64,000 bases of DNA from Malacoraja senta (lineage: Eukaryota): the NCBI GenBank assembly GCA_038087875.1, contig CM075977.1, positions 345,092,001 to 345,156,000 on the forward strand, written 5' to 3'. The translations under genes and the position numbers were made by a program. Positions 62,159 to 64,000 of the stretch are shown here, one piece after another. The notes under the pieces are model-generated. The model made no database searches, was not told the origin of the DNA, and saw only the letters and a program-made list of their open reading frames with translations. The first letter of the stretch is position 1; each line of letters opens with the position of its first letter.

Positions 62159-62212
62159 GGTGAAAAAGGAGCTGTTGGTAACCCTGGGACTAGAGGACCT
62201 ACAGGTTTGCCT
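62159..62212 (+). CDS. COL25A1: COL25A1 exon, 54 nt: GEKGAVGNPGTRGPTGLP
   Basis: tatttcag|GGT...CCT|gtaagt. Confidence 0.95.
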
Positions 62213-63339
62213 GTAAGTAAATGTAGTGCCCACATGTGGAAGCAAACACCAAAGTGTACAGCACAATTAATGTCACGGTTACTAGTGGCTTGGGAAAGAA
62301 TTCAAGCACATTTTATCTGCTCTGTGGCTTGAATTTGCATGTTGACAGCCGTGACAGATGTCAAAAGTTTGGGTTCTTATTGGTCCATTGAGCTCTGACG
62401 GTAAACTACAGAGACAAGCTCACTCTTGCCATCATGTAGACTTTTTCAACTTGACGTTTTCCAATTAATTAAAGCTAATAGAGACCGTGCTTATACTAAC
62501 TAACAGATTGACAGTGCTGTGCTGGGATCGCTACAGGCCACTGACTGGAGGAGAACATCAGGGAATTCTGTACAATTTTAATTCAAAGTGAATATTTAAT
62601 TGCCTGGCACATTTTATTAGAAGAGCCATACTCGTGAACTAATCCCAAGTTGGCAATATGATGCCAGGGTTTAGTAGCTGAAATACTATAGGCTTTGAGC
62701 CAACACCCTTGATGCTGGAATAGAAAGAAGCTTTCACAATATCCCACACACTCTTGCAACCGGTACATACTGCTGGAGGTAAATAAAGCAATAAATAAAC
62801 CAATAAATAATGCAGCAGGTTCACTACGGTTTGGATATGGCAAATGCCCACAAAAGCAAGGCGATAGCGACCAAATCACATGTTTAAAAGCATAATAACA
62901 TTGACCAGGCCACCACAGATAATTGCCCAGCTCTTCCTCAAAATAATGCCTTGGAATCATCGACACCTGCCTCAGGGAGATAATGGAGTCTCATTTTAAC
63001 GTGGATGTGTGACTGGTGGATCATACGGATTGTTAAGTTGATGCGATGATGAGATTTTAGTCATGCAGAATAAATTTTAATTTGAACTAAAATTTGGCTG
63101 GATGAGAAACGGGCTAAATGTTAGATAGGATAAAGACATCAGTGCTTTATGGAACAGGAGGAGGGAAATGAGCTGGCAAAGTTCAGGTGAACTTTGGAGC
63201 TGCAGCTGAGATAAGTTCAGGGACAATGTGGAATTTGTACAAATCATGAGTCGGTCCATGGCACCAATTTGTGATTTATATGCTGAAAATGATTGTGATA
63301 AGTACATTGTGGATATATAGATTATATGCCAAATGTTGT

Positions 63340-63980
63340 TATTGGTATTGGTTTATTATTGTCACGTGTATCGAGATAATGGTGAAAAGCTTTGCTTGCA
63401 TGCTATCCAATTTAGTCGTACTATATACGAGTACAATCAAGTCATATATAAGTGCTACAACAGGTAGTGCAAAGACAAAAATATCAAAGTGCAGAATATA
63501 ATGTTACAGCATTGTAGTGCTACAGTTACAGAGAAAGAGCAATTTTGGAGGGAAAAAAAGCAATATCTGCAATGAGGCTGGTTGGAAGACTGGAGTACAC
63601 CCTTGTTTATGAGCTGTTCTTCAATCTGATGGTGTATACTTTCAAGATTTTGTATCTAGTGCCAGGTGAGGGGAGAAGAGGGAATGACTGGGATAAAAAA
63701 TTATCCTGCATTAAGTTCATCAGTCTAAATAAGGGTCCCGACCCAAAATGCCATTTGTCCATTTCCCCCACAGACGCTACCTAACCTGCTGAGTTCATCC
63801 AGAGTTTTTTTTTGCTCAGGTTTCCAGCATCTACAGTTTCTTGCATCTCATTGAGGATGTTAGCTGCTTTCCCAAGGCAGCATGAAGTGTCGATGAAGTT
63901 CATGGGGGAGAGGTTCATTTATGTGATGACCTGGGCTCCATCCACTACTCTCTGCAATTTCTTGCGGTCTCAGACAGAGT
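63340..63980 (-). mobile_element. Rex1/Babar-like LINE 3' end, with a decayed Penelope arm inserted at about 63720-63850
   Basis: Similar to 21640-22090 (CTCTGCAATTTCTT, AGGCAGCATGAAGTG). Confidence 0.68.
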
Positions 63981-64000
63981 GTGTACAAGTGGGCAATCAA

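Larger units (their letters stand above)
11610..62212 (+). other. COL25A1: Span of the visible exons of a MACIT collagen gene, collagen type XXV alpha 1 (or a close paralogue); gene continues beyond both window edges
   Basis: 16 in-order phase-0 Gly-X-Y exons with canonical AG/GT sites. Joined peptides such as GEPGFWGPQGEPGLPGLPGTK, TEIIDYNGNIHQALQRIATLTVTGPPG and GPHGLPGPK match collagen XXV as I recall it (ITTLTVT-type NC3 end rather than the IRTLALM end of COL13A1). Confidence 0.88.

Overview
Eukaryotic (vertebrate) genomic DNA. The repeat content (HE1-type V-SINEs, HER1/CR1 LINE tails) points to an elasmobranch, probably a skate or ray. The window lies inside one + strand gene, a membrane-associated collagen with interrupted triple helices (MACIT), best matching COL25A1 (collagen XXV / CLAC-P). 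I can read 16 small phase-0 AG..GT exons (24-81 nt) between 11610 and 62212. They cover the end of COL2, the NC3 domain (VTEIIDYNGNIHQALQ-RIATLTVT) and most of COL3. The 5' and 3' ends of the gene are outside the window. Introns hold about 16 HE1 SINEs, many CR1 and Rex1/Babar LINE fragments, Penelope-like remnants, two related TIR elements (MITEs), a probable Helitron, minisatellites and a 144-N assembly gap. Almost all ORFs in the supplied track are spurious or decayed repeat ORFs. The most notable observations are: (1) a recurrent fold-back element built from Penelope termini, carrying minimal hammerhead ribozyme cores, one about 210 nt upstream of a collagen exon on the sense strand; (2) a young-looking CORE-SINE resembling the teleost AFC family, a horizontal-transfer candidate; (3) a Gly->Ala break at the first codon of a collagen exon; (4) an acceptor-like sequence right before the N gap and an ~80-bp duplication right after it. 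All family and orthology assignments are from recall, not from database searches.
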